From contig OY759316.1 in assembly GCA_963662275.1 (NCBI GenBank), forward strand, positions 3,072,001 through 3,136,000: 64,000 nucleotides of DNA. The letters run 5' to 3'. Numbering within the stretch: the stretch's first letter is position 1; the number at the start of each line of letters is the position of its first letter. Below the pieces are notes generated by a model that did no database searches, was not told the DNA's origin, and saw nothing but the letters and a program-made list of their open reading frames with translations. A program made the translations under genes and the position numbers. Of this stretch, positions 19,195 to 28,173 are shown one piece after another. Source of the DNA: Candidatus Cloacimonadales bacterium. Lineage in GTDB: Bacteria > Cloacimonadota > Cloacimonadia > Cloacimonadales > DAONDQ01.

Positions 19195-19972
19195 TTGATT
19201 GAAGATTGAAGAGTTGTCATGTTCTTCTTTCTTCATCTGAAACTATTCCCTATTCCCTATTCCCTTCTGCAATACCGGTAAGTCATGCTTTTCAGATTGT
19301 AGCACTGACTTCAGGCGGTAATCTTAAAACCTTGAGTATTCATCACATATAGCTTATAAATGCAGTAAGTACTCATAACCTCCTGAAGTAAGCGCTACAA
19401 AATTCTGAACCTTTTCGCTGTACCCTGTATGCTGTCACCTTCTGCAGATCATTCTTCTCGAGAAGTCACACTTCATTCAACTAAAAGCTAATAACTATAA
19501 ACTAAAAGTTATCAGATTCTTCCCTCTTCATCTACAGATTACATTACATTCTAATACAATCCTGTCAACTTCAACCTAAGTCGCAAAGAATGCGATCTAT
19601 CCACCTCTTGAAAAGAGGCGTTGCATCTGCTCTGAGCTATTCCCTATTAGCTAATCCCTATTCCCTTCTGCAACATCTGAACCTGTAAGCTGTTCCCTGT
19701 ACGCTGTCACCTTCTGCAACATTCTTCTCGAGAAGTCATGCTCAAATACATTGAAGATTTAAGAGTTAAGATTGAAGATTTGTCAAACTCTTCTTTCTTT
19801 ATCTAAACCTATTACCTAATACCTAAAACCTAGAACCTTCTGCAACATTCTTCTCGAGAAGTCATGCTCAAATACATTGAAGATTTAAGAGTTAAGATTG
19901 AAGATTTGTCAAACTCTTCTTTCTTTATCTAAACCTATTACCTAATACCTAAAACCTAGAACCTTCTGCAAC
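19195..19972 (-). repeat. Modular trailer region A: CRISPR repeat cores plus heptamer cassettes
   Basis: Repeat cores at 19273, 19451, 19721 and 19847. Cassettes run TCTGAAC...CCTTCTGCA. A 126-bp unit is tandemly duplicated. Confidence 0.85.
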
Positions 19973-20283
19973 ATTCTTCTCGAGAAGTCATGCTTTTCAA
20001 TAAGATGCTCTGAAATGTTTCAAAATTCAACACCTTAAGTCTCAATTCTTCTCGAGAAGTCATGCTTTTCAATTCCAAAAGAAGTTCCAAAGTTATGATC
20101 ACAATGTTTTGTCTCAATTCTTCTCGAGAAGTCATGCTTTTCAATACGCAAAGGTTCCAATGGCCGTAGTTTTCGTCATCAGTCTCAATTCTTCTCGAGA
20201 AGTCATGCTTTTCAATAAGATATCAACAAATCTTCAAGGTGACAACATGTCTCAATTCTTCTCGAGAAGTCATGCTTTTCAAT
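19973..20283 (-). CRISPR. CRISPR array 1: 4 full and 1 truncated 35-bp repeats, 4 spacers (32-37 bp)
   Basis: Repeat on the minus strand is ATTGAAAAGCATGACTTCTCGAGAAGAATTGAGAC. Full copies at 20039, 20111, 20182 and 20249. Confidence 0.95.
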
Positions 20284-20457
20284 ATAGGTATGCTGGGAGG
20301 TAGATTTGATGCGGGTCGAATATGGCATTTTCGGCAACCTCATCAAAATGGAGTGGTTTTATCACGCTGAAGGGGGAGGTTGCAGAAAATATAGATAACT
20401 TCTTATGATATATGCAGTTATGTTTTAACATATTCTAACCTCCTAATTTATAGACAG
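20284..20457 (-). promoter_or_regulatory. CRISPR leader of array 1
   Basis: Lies between the cas2 stop and the first repeat. Near-identical to 36074-36247. Contains the inverted motif GCAACCTC/GAGGTTGC. Confidence 0.8.
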
Positions 20458-20718
20458 TTATGCGATAATCACGAATTCACTGTGCGCATTCATCGCCACA
20501 GTTTTTTCACTACAGCCTCGGCATAAATGAAAAACATGGATGATGCCATTCCCTTCATTCAGCTTTTCCAGATTCCTGAGTAATTTCTTATATCCCCACG
20601 CATCAATGTCAACTAAAAAAACGGATTCCTGGATGCGTCTACCTTCTTTTTCCAAGGCTCTGCTGACACGACCTCGAATACGGTCGCTGCTGATGTCATA
20701 TGCTATGATCTTTCTCAT
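20458..20718 (-). CDS. cas2: CRISPR-associated endonuclease Cas2
   Basis: MRKIIAYDIS...RIQESVF. TAATG overlap with the upstream cas1 fusion. Confidence 0.93.
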   Translation of the reverse strand: MRKIIAYDISSDRIRGRVSRALEKEGRRIQESVFLVDIDAWGYKKLLRNLEKLNEGNGIIHVFHLCRGCSEKTVAMNAHSEFVIIA

Positions 20719-23399
20719 TATTTCATCCTGAAATGTTTGTAGGGAAGTCCCAATTTCAAACAGGTAACCAGGTTTCGACAAGCTCCATCGATTATCTCTA
20801 CGTAAGTTCGCTGTCCTAAATCAGGTAGTGTTATGCTTTCATTCAGCATCCATTCAAATCGATGTATGAATTCCCGGAAACCTTCATCATTCATATAGGT
20901 AATTGTTTTCCCGGATGCCGGTTTATTCTCAAAGCAGGAAGCTGTCACAAGTTTCAATCTGATTACTGCGATAACAGCCCTGTCTGCGAGAAAGCGAAAA
21001 GATTCTAAAACATCCGAAGCCAAGGCATACTGTGCTCCATGCCTTTCATGGAACAATCCAATATCAGGATTGATACCTGATGCCATTAAGGATTCTGCAA
21101 TACGATTGTATAAAAGAGTATATCCGAATGAAAGCATGGCATTTACCGGTCCCTGTGGTGGGTGATAAGATCTGCTGTCAAATTCAAAGGGATCGACCAA
21201 AGGTTTGAATCTTTCAAAATACACTGCTGCCGTTGCACCTTCCTTGCCTCGCAATGCTTCGATATCAGATATGCCTTCGAGAGAATCTTCCCACTCCTTC
21301 AGTTTGGGTTCATCAACCTGGTTTTGTTTTAACAGAGTTCGCTGATTATGTATTTTCGCTGCTACCAGGTCACGGACATACTGAATCCGATAATTACTGA
21401 AGTCTGTATCATACTTGGGAAAGATGTCTTTGATCTGCTCCAGGCTTCTTTGAGGATAGAATCCGCCAATCGTCTTTCCGGTTACCGTCATAAATGTGAT
21501 TGGTTTCTGTCCTTCCAAAGCTGTTTTAATGACATTCGCAGAAACACGCGGTCTTCCAATGATGATAATTCTCTGCACATGTGACCAGGGGATCTTGCGT
21601 TTCATCTTGTCTGATTCAATGACAAGATCATTTCCTTCAGACCGTACCGAAGTCTGATAAAAACTCACATAGACTGGAACACCCTGAATCTCTGACTGAT
21701 TGAGAGCCGGTTTCCATAAATCCGGTTCATCCGGTTCCACTTTTACTATCTTCTCATAGCCTTTAGGCGTAATGTGGAAACCAAGATAATCATATTCTGA
21801 ATCCGGTTCTATCTGCATGATCTTATCTGAATTCAGTTTCAGGTTCAATTTTAGCAGCGAGGTTTCCACCACTTCATTGATTTTGTCGTCACTCTTTGGC
21901 GATAAGATCACAAAGTCATCTCCAAAACGAATTGGTTCCCAATCATGACGACTGATCTCATGATCCCAGCAACTCATGAATATATTTGATAAAACAGGTG
22001 AAATAGGCATTCCCTGCGAAAGACCCTTTGCCGTTTGTGAGAGAAATAACTCTATACATTCGATAATAGGATCATTTCGTAACAGTCCTTTTAAGAGGTT
22101 CTGCAACAATACTCGGGGAATCGAAGGGTAGAATTCATCAATATCCCCCTTCATTCCATATTTGAATCCCTGGTTGTATAGACTTTTAATCGCTTTCACA
22201 GCCTTATAGGTACCGTATCCCTTTCTATAGGCAAAGGAACCGATTGCCAGCACAGGATCAATGGCATCATCAAGAATGGAGGCAATCGACTTGCATACCA
22301 ATCGATCGGCAAGATTCTGCACTTCCAATAGACGTACATCACCATTATCTTTTGTTACTTCATAGGAGAGAATGCTACCAGGTTTGTAGGTTCTTTCATT
22401 GATCTGCTTCTGCAAATCAGAGATGAATGGTGAATCATTTTCTGCAATGTCCTTGTATGTTAAGCCATCTTCACCGGCAGAAGAATCCTTCATTTCAGAC
22501 AGGCAGAATTGCAATTGCTCTTTCGATATTGCTCTGTTCAGTAGATTTGTTGAAGTTTTCCAGGTATGAATACAATTATCTCTCTGCAATCCTGATATCT
22601 GGTAAGAATTGAGACCAAAGCTCCGATTCTTGCCAAAACCAATATACTGACCGGCTGTCAGTAGAAAACGCTCCAACTCTGCCATATCTCCTGTTATTTG
22701 AATGGAACCAAGGAACCCGCCCATAGCACTTGTGTGGGGAATATCTATCCAGAATAGAATGACATTTGAACCTGATAGACTACTTGTTTCAGGTGAATAG
22801 TCAGAAATATCTAATTCAGCAGCTATCTTAGCTAAAAATTGAGGAATGGAAAACCAATCCATATCAAAGAATTTATGCTTTGCTGTCTTGAAGCCTTCCG
22901 GTCTGTTCAATCTTAAAGGCGTTTGAAAGATAAGCGTTATATTCTGTTGTTCTTTCAGAGATTCAACTTCCTGCAAAATACTCTTCTCATCAAGAGGTAT
23001 CCAACTCAGAGGATTATTTCCCACTAAGCAGTAATGCTTCACAAAATGCAGGCTGGAACGTGTGCCGAAATGATCATGATACTTGAGGTCAAGACCTTTG
23101 CCATCGTTCTTTTCCAAAACAGCAACCAGCTTCTCAACATACTGCTTCACCGGCTCAGGAAAAGAAAGAATCACACCTATTTTATCACCCGTTGTATAAT
23201 TACGAATTCCATTCTGAGCAGGAAATACTCTCAGCCCAGTACCATTCGGGTCTTTCAATCCTACCTGTGACAGCGCATTCCAGATAAAGCCAGCCCAATG
23301 TATCCCAGCATAAAACGGCAGATTCGTAATGTCACGAATACATTCAAATTCGAGAGCAAGGAAGTAGGTGGGGGGGAAGGTCATAACACTTACATCCAC
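20718..23399 (-). CDS. cas1: Cas6-reverse transcriptase-Cas1 fusion
   Basis: N-terminal Cas6 with the G-loop GQYIGFGKNRSFG. RT motifs GDIDEFYPSI, GLSQGMPISPVLSN and RFGDD. Cas1 motifs RGKEG, NAMLSFGY, GLFH and LASDVLESFR. Confidence 0.93.
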   Translation of the reverse strand: MDVSVMTFPPTYFLALEFECIRDITNLPFYAGIHWAGFIWNALSQVGLKDPNGTGLRVFPAQNGIRNYTTGDKIGVILSFPEPVKQYVEKLVAVLEKNDGKGLDLKYHDHFGTRSSLHFVKHYCLVGNNPLSWIPLDEKSILQEVESLKEQQNITLIFQTPLRLNRPEGFKTAKHKFFDMDWFSIPQFLAKIAAELDISDYSPETSSLSGSNVILFWIDIPHTSAMGGFLGSIQITGDMAELERFLLTAGQYIGFGKNRSFGLNSYQISGLQRDNCIHTWKTSTNLLNRAISKEQLQFCLSEMKDSSAGEDGLTYKDIAENDSPFISDLQKQINERTYKPGSILSYEVTKDNGDVRLLEVQNLADRLVCKSIASILDDAIDPVLAIGSFAYRKGYGTYKAVKAIKSLYNQGFKYGMKGDIDEFYPSIPRVLLQNLLKGLLRNDPIIECIELFLSQTAKGLSQGMPISPVLSNIFMSCWDHEISRHDWEPIRFGDDFVILSPKSDDKINEVVETSLLKLNLKLNSDKIMQIEPDSEYDYLGFHITPKGYEKIVKVEPDEPDLWKPALNQSEIQGVPVYVSFYQTSVRSEGNDLVIESDKMKRKIPWSHVQRIIIIGRPRVSANVIKTALEGQKPITFMTVTGKTIGGFYPQRSLEQIKDIFPKYDTDFSNYRIQYVRDLVAAKIHNQRTLLKQNQVDEPKLKEWEDSLEGISDIEALRGKEGATAAVYFERFKPLVDPFEFDSRSYHPPQGPVNAMLSFGYTLLYNRIAESLMASGINPDIGLFHERHGAQYALASDVLESFRFLADRAVIAVIRLKLVTASCFENKPASGKTITYMNDEGFREFIHRFEWMLNESITLPDLGQRTYVEIIDGACRNLVTCLKLGLPYKHFRMK

Positions 23400-23435
23400 T
23401 ATACTATATCATGTTCAAAGCTTGAATACAAGTCG

Positions 23436-23987
23436 TTATTTCTTTTTTGTTGGCATGATTTCGTAAATTGCAACCAATTGACTTAAAAGGCGAATAGATG
23501 TATTCACTGTATCGCAATAGGGTTGAACAGAAAAAATAGCCTGATGTTCATCCGTAACTCTTATCGGATGGGGACTATAAATAATAATTGGTATGTTATC
23601 ATTTCCGGTTTTTGCATCTTGGGCGATATCCTGATAAATTTTGTTCGGACAATCTATGTCGTAATCTATAATATAAATAGATTTCCGATTTCCGGTTCCT
23701 AAATAATCAGTATAATCTTTTCTTGAATATATCTCATCTTCAACTTTAAAAAGCCCATTTTCTTTTACCGTTTTCAATAATTTAGAGACATCACGTGTGT
23801 CATTTAATCCAAAAAAAACGACTTTCCGGTTGCTGTTTCTCCAAAATCTGGTTTTCTTAAAGAAAAATAAATATATGAATTCTCTAATTCCAAAACCAAC
23901 CCCCATTAAGCTGAAAACCATAGCAATGACTTCCCAGATAAGATTACCAACAAAAAAAGACTCGATCAATTTAACAACGTGTAACAT
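23436..23987 (-). CDS. Membrane-anchored protein with a receiver-like domain; candidate type III effector
   Basis: Hydrophobic N-terminal helix followed by alternating beta/alpha segments (VVFFG, IYIIDYD, IPIIIYS). GGAGG precedes ATG 23987. Confidence 0.7.
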   Translation of the reverse strand: MLHVVKLIESFFVGNLIWEVIAMVFSLMGVGFGIREFIYLFFFKKTRFWRNSNRKVVFFGLNDTRDVSKLLKTVKENGLFKVEDEIYSRKDYTDYLGTGNRKSIYIIDYDIDCPNKIYQDIAQDAKTGNDNIPIIIYSPHPIRVTDEHQAIFSVQPYCDTVNTSIRLLSQLVAIYEIMPTKKK

Positions 23988-24137
23988 GCATTCCTCCATT
24001 TAGTAAGCACATTTTTTCTATTTGTCGAGTTAGTAACTAGGTTAAGCTGTCTGTATTTTCCAAAATACTGAGTCTCTCCTCATGCAAGTCACTAGATTCA
24101 TAGTTCAATCAGAATAACTTCAATTCCTTCTTATCAA

Positions 24138-25346
24138 CTAAAACTGTTTCATGATTTGAATGCTCTTTTCAATATACTGTTCAAGTTTAGTGATGTATGT
24201 GCCTAATTGTACGTTCTTATTGGGAAGACAGTGAGCAATTTTGTTACGGATTTTAGATACTTCAGATCGAATCTTAAAAAGTTCCTTACATCCTGGGTCT
24301 TCGCTCAATGCAATAATAATGGCTTTAATTGTTTTTGTAACAAATTTACCTTCATATTTTGAATTTACTTTAAGATAAGTCAATATTCTATCTTCTATTG
24401 CACATTGCAACGCTAAGTAAGATAAGCCGTAATTATGTGTTTTGGCATAGAATTGAGATAAATTCATCAAGAATTGAATTTCATCTATAGACGAAAAATC
24501 TTCAAATGTCTGGTTGATTATATGGTTCAAATTATCTTGTAACACATCTGAACCTGTATCCGGTAACGGTGAATAATTACAGATATTTGGTTGTAATGCC
24601 ATCAAATATCCTAATGAATATGCTTGGCTAAAATTCCTGTACTCATTTCTTAATTTGCTATTTGATTTGTAATGCTGATTGATTAAGTCGGACAACGGAT
24701 GTGGATTCCCATATTCATGGAAATAGTTTAAAGCTCTGCTCCACTGCCCAAATTCAAATAATGAAAGCAGATTAACGATTGGTTTGATAGTCTCTTTCAC
24801 TTCCACCATACCATAGTATATGCCTGATAAGACGATTTTTTTACCAATAGCTTTCATATAATCGATCATTACGTAAGACATTAAAGCTAAAGAACGAAAG
24901 GAATGTGTAATATCAAGATAGATTTCGTCGCCATCCTGTATCTCTTTAGCAGCTTCAACAAATAAGCCGAAATTCTCTCTGATTTCAACATCGTTAATAC
25001 CATATTTAATTAAGAAACAACATGAGCTCAAATCTGATTCCAAATATGTTCGTATTTGTTCAGCTATTTTGCATATATCAAATTGATTTACCAGGCTATC
25101 TTTCTGTTTCAGGCATAGATTTTGTTTAAATTCTTCATCGACACCCCCGAAAGCCTTATATGCCCAATCCCAAATAGAACCAGTTGTTCCAAAAAGAAAA
25201 ATACGATCTACTCTGAGCCCAGTTGACAAGACTTTCGCAACAGAAGTATCTTCTTGAATTATTCCATTAAACTCATATTTCGCTGTTCTGTATCCACCAG
25301 CATCTTTATTACCTGTTCCGAGATTTGAAATTAGAACTTTTGACAA
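24138..25346 (-). CDS. csx1: Csx1/TM1812-family CARF-HEPN ribonuclease
   Basis: Motifs LISNLGTG, FGTTGSIW and LDITHSFRSL, plus the C-terminal HEPN motif RNKIAH. Confidence 0.88.
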   Translation of the reverse strand: MSKVLISNLGTGNKDAGGYRTAKYEFNGIIQEDTSVAKVLSTGLRVDRIFLFGTTGSIWDWAYKAFGGVDEEFKQNLCLKQKDSLVNQFDICKIAEQIRTYLESDLSSCCFLIKYGINDVEIRENFGLFVEAAKEIQDGDEIYLDITHSFRSLALMSYVMIDYMKAIGKKIVLSGIYYGMVEVKETIKPIVNLLSLFEFGQWSRALNYFHEYGNPHPLSDLINQHYKSNSKLRNEYRNFSQAYSLGYLMALQPNICNYSPLPDTGSDVLQDNLNHIINQTFEDFSSIDEIQFLMNLSQFYAKTHNYGLSYLALQCAIEDRILTYLKVNSKYEGKFVTKTIKAIIIALSEDPGCKELFKIRSEVSKIRNKIAHCLPNKNVQLGTYITKLEQYIEKSIQIMKQF

Positions 25347-25379
25347 AGTACCACCTCTTCATAAAGATCAGTTCATATT

Positions 25380-27605
25380 TTATTCAAATTCAATAGGTTT
25401 CTTAAGTATTTCTCTACCTCTTTCTCTAAAACGTTTCAAAGGCATATAGTCGGTTTCAGAATTTGAAGGAGCATTTTCATAATCCAACATTCGTTTTAGG
25501 CTTAAATACCTATCCGTAGCATTCCAGAGATCATTTGTCTGAAGATTTAGTTTTGCTTTCATGAAATCACAAAAAGCCATAACATACTGTTGTACATCTG
25601 GTTCTTGCCCTATACCATTGAATTCTGAAAGAAATGTACCATATCTTTCAAAAGGTTTTGAAAGATACAAAGCAGGTATTATTTTCACAGATCCCAGTCC
25701 GTAAGGTTTTGCCATCCCAAGCTTATGACAACAGCCTACAGGCAGATTTAATGCAAATAACAAAGAACCAAGTTCGACATCTGAGAGATTTTCAAACCTG
25801 ATTTTACCCGAAAATTGACAGCCTGGATTTAAAGGCTGGATAGAAGTGTATAGTTTGGGTTTATCATCAACGTTTACGTGGCTTTCTTCCCACTGAACCT
25901 TTGGTCTATGCCAGTACATTTTATAACCTCTAATCTGAGCATTATCACTGTTATAGTTCTTTAATCCAACCAGCTTTGTGCCATTAATTGAAATAGGTCC
26001 AGGTTGTTTCAAATACAATTGGAAGGATGTAGGTTTGGGACTTGAAAGAATTTTTGGATGTGATGGTTCGAAACACCCTTGATCAGTATCTTTATCAATA
26101 ACAGCATCTTCTACAAAAACTCTTCCTGGTAGTGAAGGTAATTTAGATGATTTACCATCAGCATCAATTGTACCAAACATGAACTCAGGAAAGTCATAAT
26201 AATTAGAATCATTAGTATGAATGGAATCACTAATTTTTTTGTTATAAGGTATTCTCATCAGACCAGTATGTCCAATAGAGATGATATTATTATCATCCAA
26301 ACAATAAAAGCAAGGAATTCGATTATGTGCAATACCCTCTCTAAGATCAATCCCCTCTTTGCGGGTAATATCATTACCATATTTTGTCACAGCATTTGTT
26401 GCATTGATTCTGGTCTCAGATGTATCTTCAGCACCGATAACCCAATGCATCTGTTTCCCTCTTCTTTGGTTACCAACCCAACCGGTAAGAATTAGAAAAC
26501 CCTCTGAATATCCAGACGGAGTCGTGGTAGTTTTTGTTTTTAATTGAATATCTTGTACTTTTTTATGCCATAAATTAACGCTATGACTTTCATCTGTATC
26601 AGGATCCATTGACATACTTTTATAGTAAATTGGAATAACTTTTCTGGATTTGATTAAGCTAGAATATTTTGAGTTTTCTTTGTATTTTCCTCTATCAGTA
26701 TCCCATACAGCCATCTTATCTGTAATAATTCCGCTTGATATGACATCTGATTCTTCAATCCGGCACACTTCAGTAGCCGGTTGAATGAAATAATCCTTTC
26801 CTTCTTTGAATAAATAACCACCCAGAGATTCAACAGAATAGCCTTTCACAGCATTTCCACTTGTCATGATATGAGAATACAAATCATTGTATTCGAGAGA
26901 ACTGTCCTTGAATGCTCTAAAATATAGATATTTATCATCAATTTGAGATAATTTACCATAAGATATCATGTTCACCATACTTCTAAGCATACCACGAATA
27001 GACGAACCTGGTATCTTGAACAAGCCATTTCCTGGTGCATAATGCTTACTAATAGTCCAAAGAAATTCGCGTTTTCTCCTCAGTACATCATCACCACTAT
27101 TCTCAATGTCGGCCAAAGTTATTAATTCTGACTGAGTCATTGTTCGACGTATATATAGAGGAGTCTTATTTTCAATATTAACTTCTATGTAGCCAGTGAG
27201 TTTAGTTGAATCATATCTACTAAAATCAATGTCCCTTCGGTCTGGTGAAACCACGTGCCCTGTATATGGTACAAAATTGTAAGGTGCTGTTGCGGTATAA
27301 TAACGGTTAAGTTGTTCCCTTGAGGTGGGAGAATCCTGATTTTCAGAAATAGCTTCATTGTTATTCTCTGATTTTTCTTCACCAATAATTACTTGATCGG
27401 GAAGGCTAAAATAATACCAGATATTTCTATCAAAATCATATGTAACTTGAAACTCAGCATTATTAATTCTATCAAAAACAGGATGTTTAGTAATTTCTTT
27501 TGATTCTATCCTACGTGGCTTACTCCACTCAGAACTAACAAGTTCAAAGATCTTTCTACCATTGTTCTGTGATATTATTAAAGTCCCTGGTTTTCTCCCT
27601 TCCAT
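25380..27605 (-). CDS. cas7: Type III-D large Cas7 with insertion (RAMP)
   Basis: Motifs APYNFVP, IPGSSIRGMLR, RGYKMYWH and KLGMAKPYGLG. GGAGGAG precedes ATG 27605. Confidence 0.88.
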   Translation of the reverse strand: MEGRKPGTLIISQNNGRKIFELVSSEWSKPRRIESKEITKHPVFDRINNAEFQVTYDFDRNIWYYFSLPDQVIIGEEKSENNNEAISENQDSPTSREQLNRYYTATAPYNFVPYTGHVVSPDRRDIDFSRYDSTKLTGYIEVNIENKTPLYIRRTMTQSELITLADIENSGDDVLRRKREFLWTISKHYAPGNGLFKIPGSSIRGMLRSMVNMISYGKLSQIDDKYLYFRAFKDSSLEYNDLYSHIMTSGNAVKGYSVESLGGYLFKEGKDYFIQPATEVCRIEESDVISSGIITDKMAVWDTDRGKYKENSKYSSLIKSRKVIPIYYKSMSMDPDTDESHSVNLWHKKVQDIQLKTKTTTTPSGYSEGFLILTGWVGNQRRGKQMHWVIGAEDTSETRINATNAVTKYGNDITRKEGIDLREGIAHNRIPCFYCLDDNNIISIGHTGLMRIPYNKKISDSIHTNDSNYYDFPEFMFGTIDADGKSSKLPSLPGRVFVEDAVIDKDTDQGCFEPSHPKILSSPKPTSFQLYLKQPGPISINGTKLVGLKNYNSDNAQIRGYKMYWHRPKVQWEESHVNVDDKPKLYTSIQPLNPGCQFSGKIRFENLSDVELGSLLFALNLPVGCCHKLGMAKPYGLGSVKIIPALYLSKPFERYGTFLSEFNGIGQEPDVQQYVMAFCDFMKAKLNLQTNDLWNATDRYLSLKRMLDYENAPSNSETDYMPLKRFRERGREILKKPIEFE

Positions 27606-27606
27606 C

Positions 27607-28173
27607 TTACTCCTCCCCGCTTTTAACAACAAAATCAAGAAAACGGCAATCATTGTAACTGAGCTGCCCATTGTCCCATTGTTCAAGATAATTACGAGTT
27701 TTTACAGCATACCTAGTTTCAAGAGTAACAGAAGTATTTTCGATAAGAGGCATTATCAGCTCAAATCCTCTTTGTTCAAAAATCCTAATGAAATCTGAAC
27801 CAGTGCTCTCTGAGTTAGTACCAAGCAGTATCTGTTCAACATCCTTGTAATATACTTCTTCACCCTGGGTATCAAAGCGTTTTCTTCCAAACAGTTTATT
27901 GGTTATAATGCTATCTATATTTGTTATACTTACTCTCCAAAAAAGCAATTCTTCATCCAGGTTGAAGATGCGTAGCTTCTGTATGTAGTCGAATACAAAA
28001 GCAGTGCTATCATGAAAAGAAAATCTCCCTGTTTGATATCTTCCGATTAGAAGCGCATTGTCTAGATATGCAACCACAAAATATTCTTTGTCCTGATCAA
28101 GAGAATCTTCAATGTCCTTCATGTTGTTTGCTAACAATGATGAAACACTAGTTTTTATTTTCAGTTCTAACAT
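27607..28173 (-). CDS. csx19: Csx19 (type III-D signature protein)
   Basis: Sits between two Cas7 genes. Motifs LRIFN..EELLFWR and YNDCRF. AAGGAGG precedes ATG 28173. Confidence 0.8.
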   Translation of the reverse strand: MLELKIKTSVSSLLANNMKDIEDSLDQDKEYFVVAYLDNALLIGRYQTGRFSFHDSTAFVFDYIQKLRIFNLDEELLFWRVSITNIDSIITNKLFGRKRFDTQGEEVYYKDVEQILLGTNSESTGSDFIRIFEQRGFELIMPLIENTSVTLETRYAVKTRNYLEQWDNGQLSYNDCRFLDFVVKSGEE

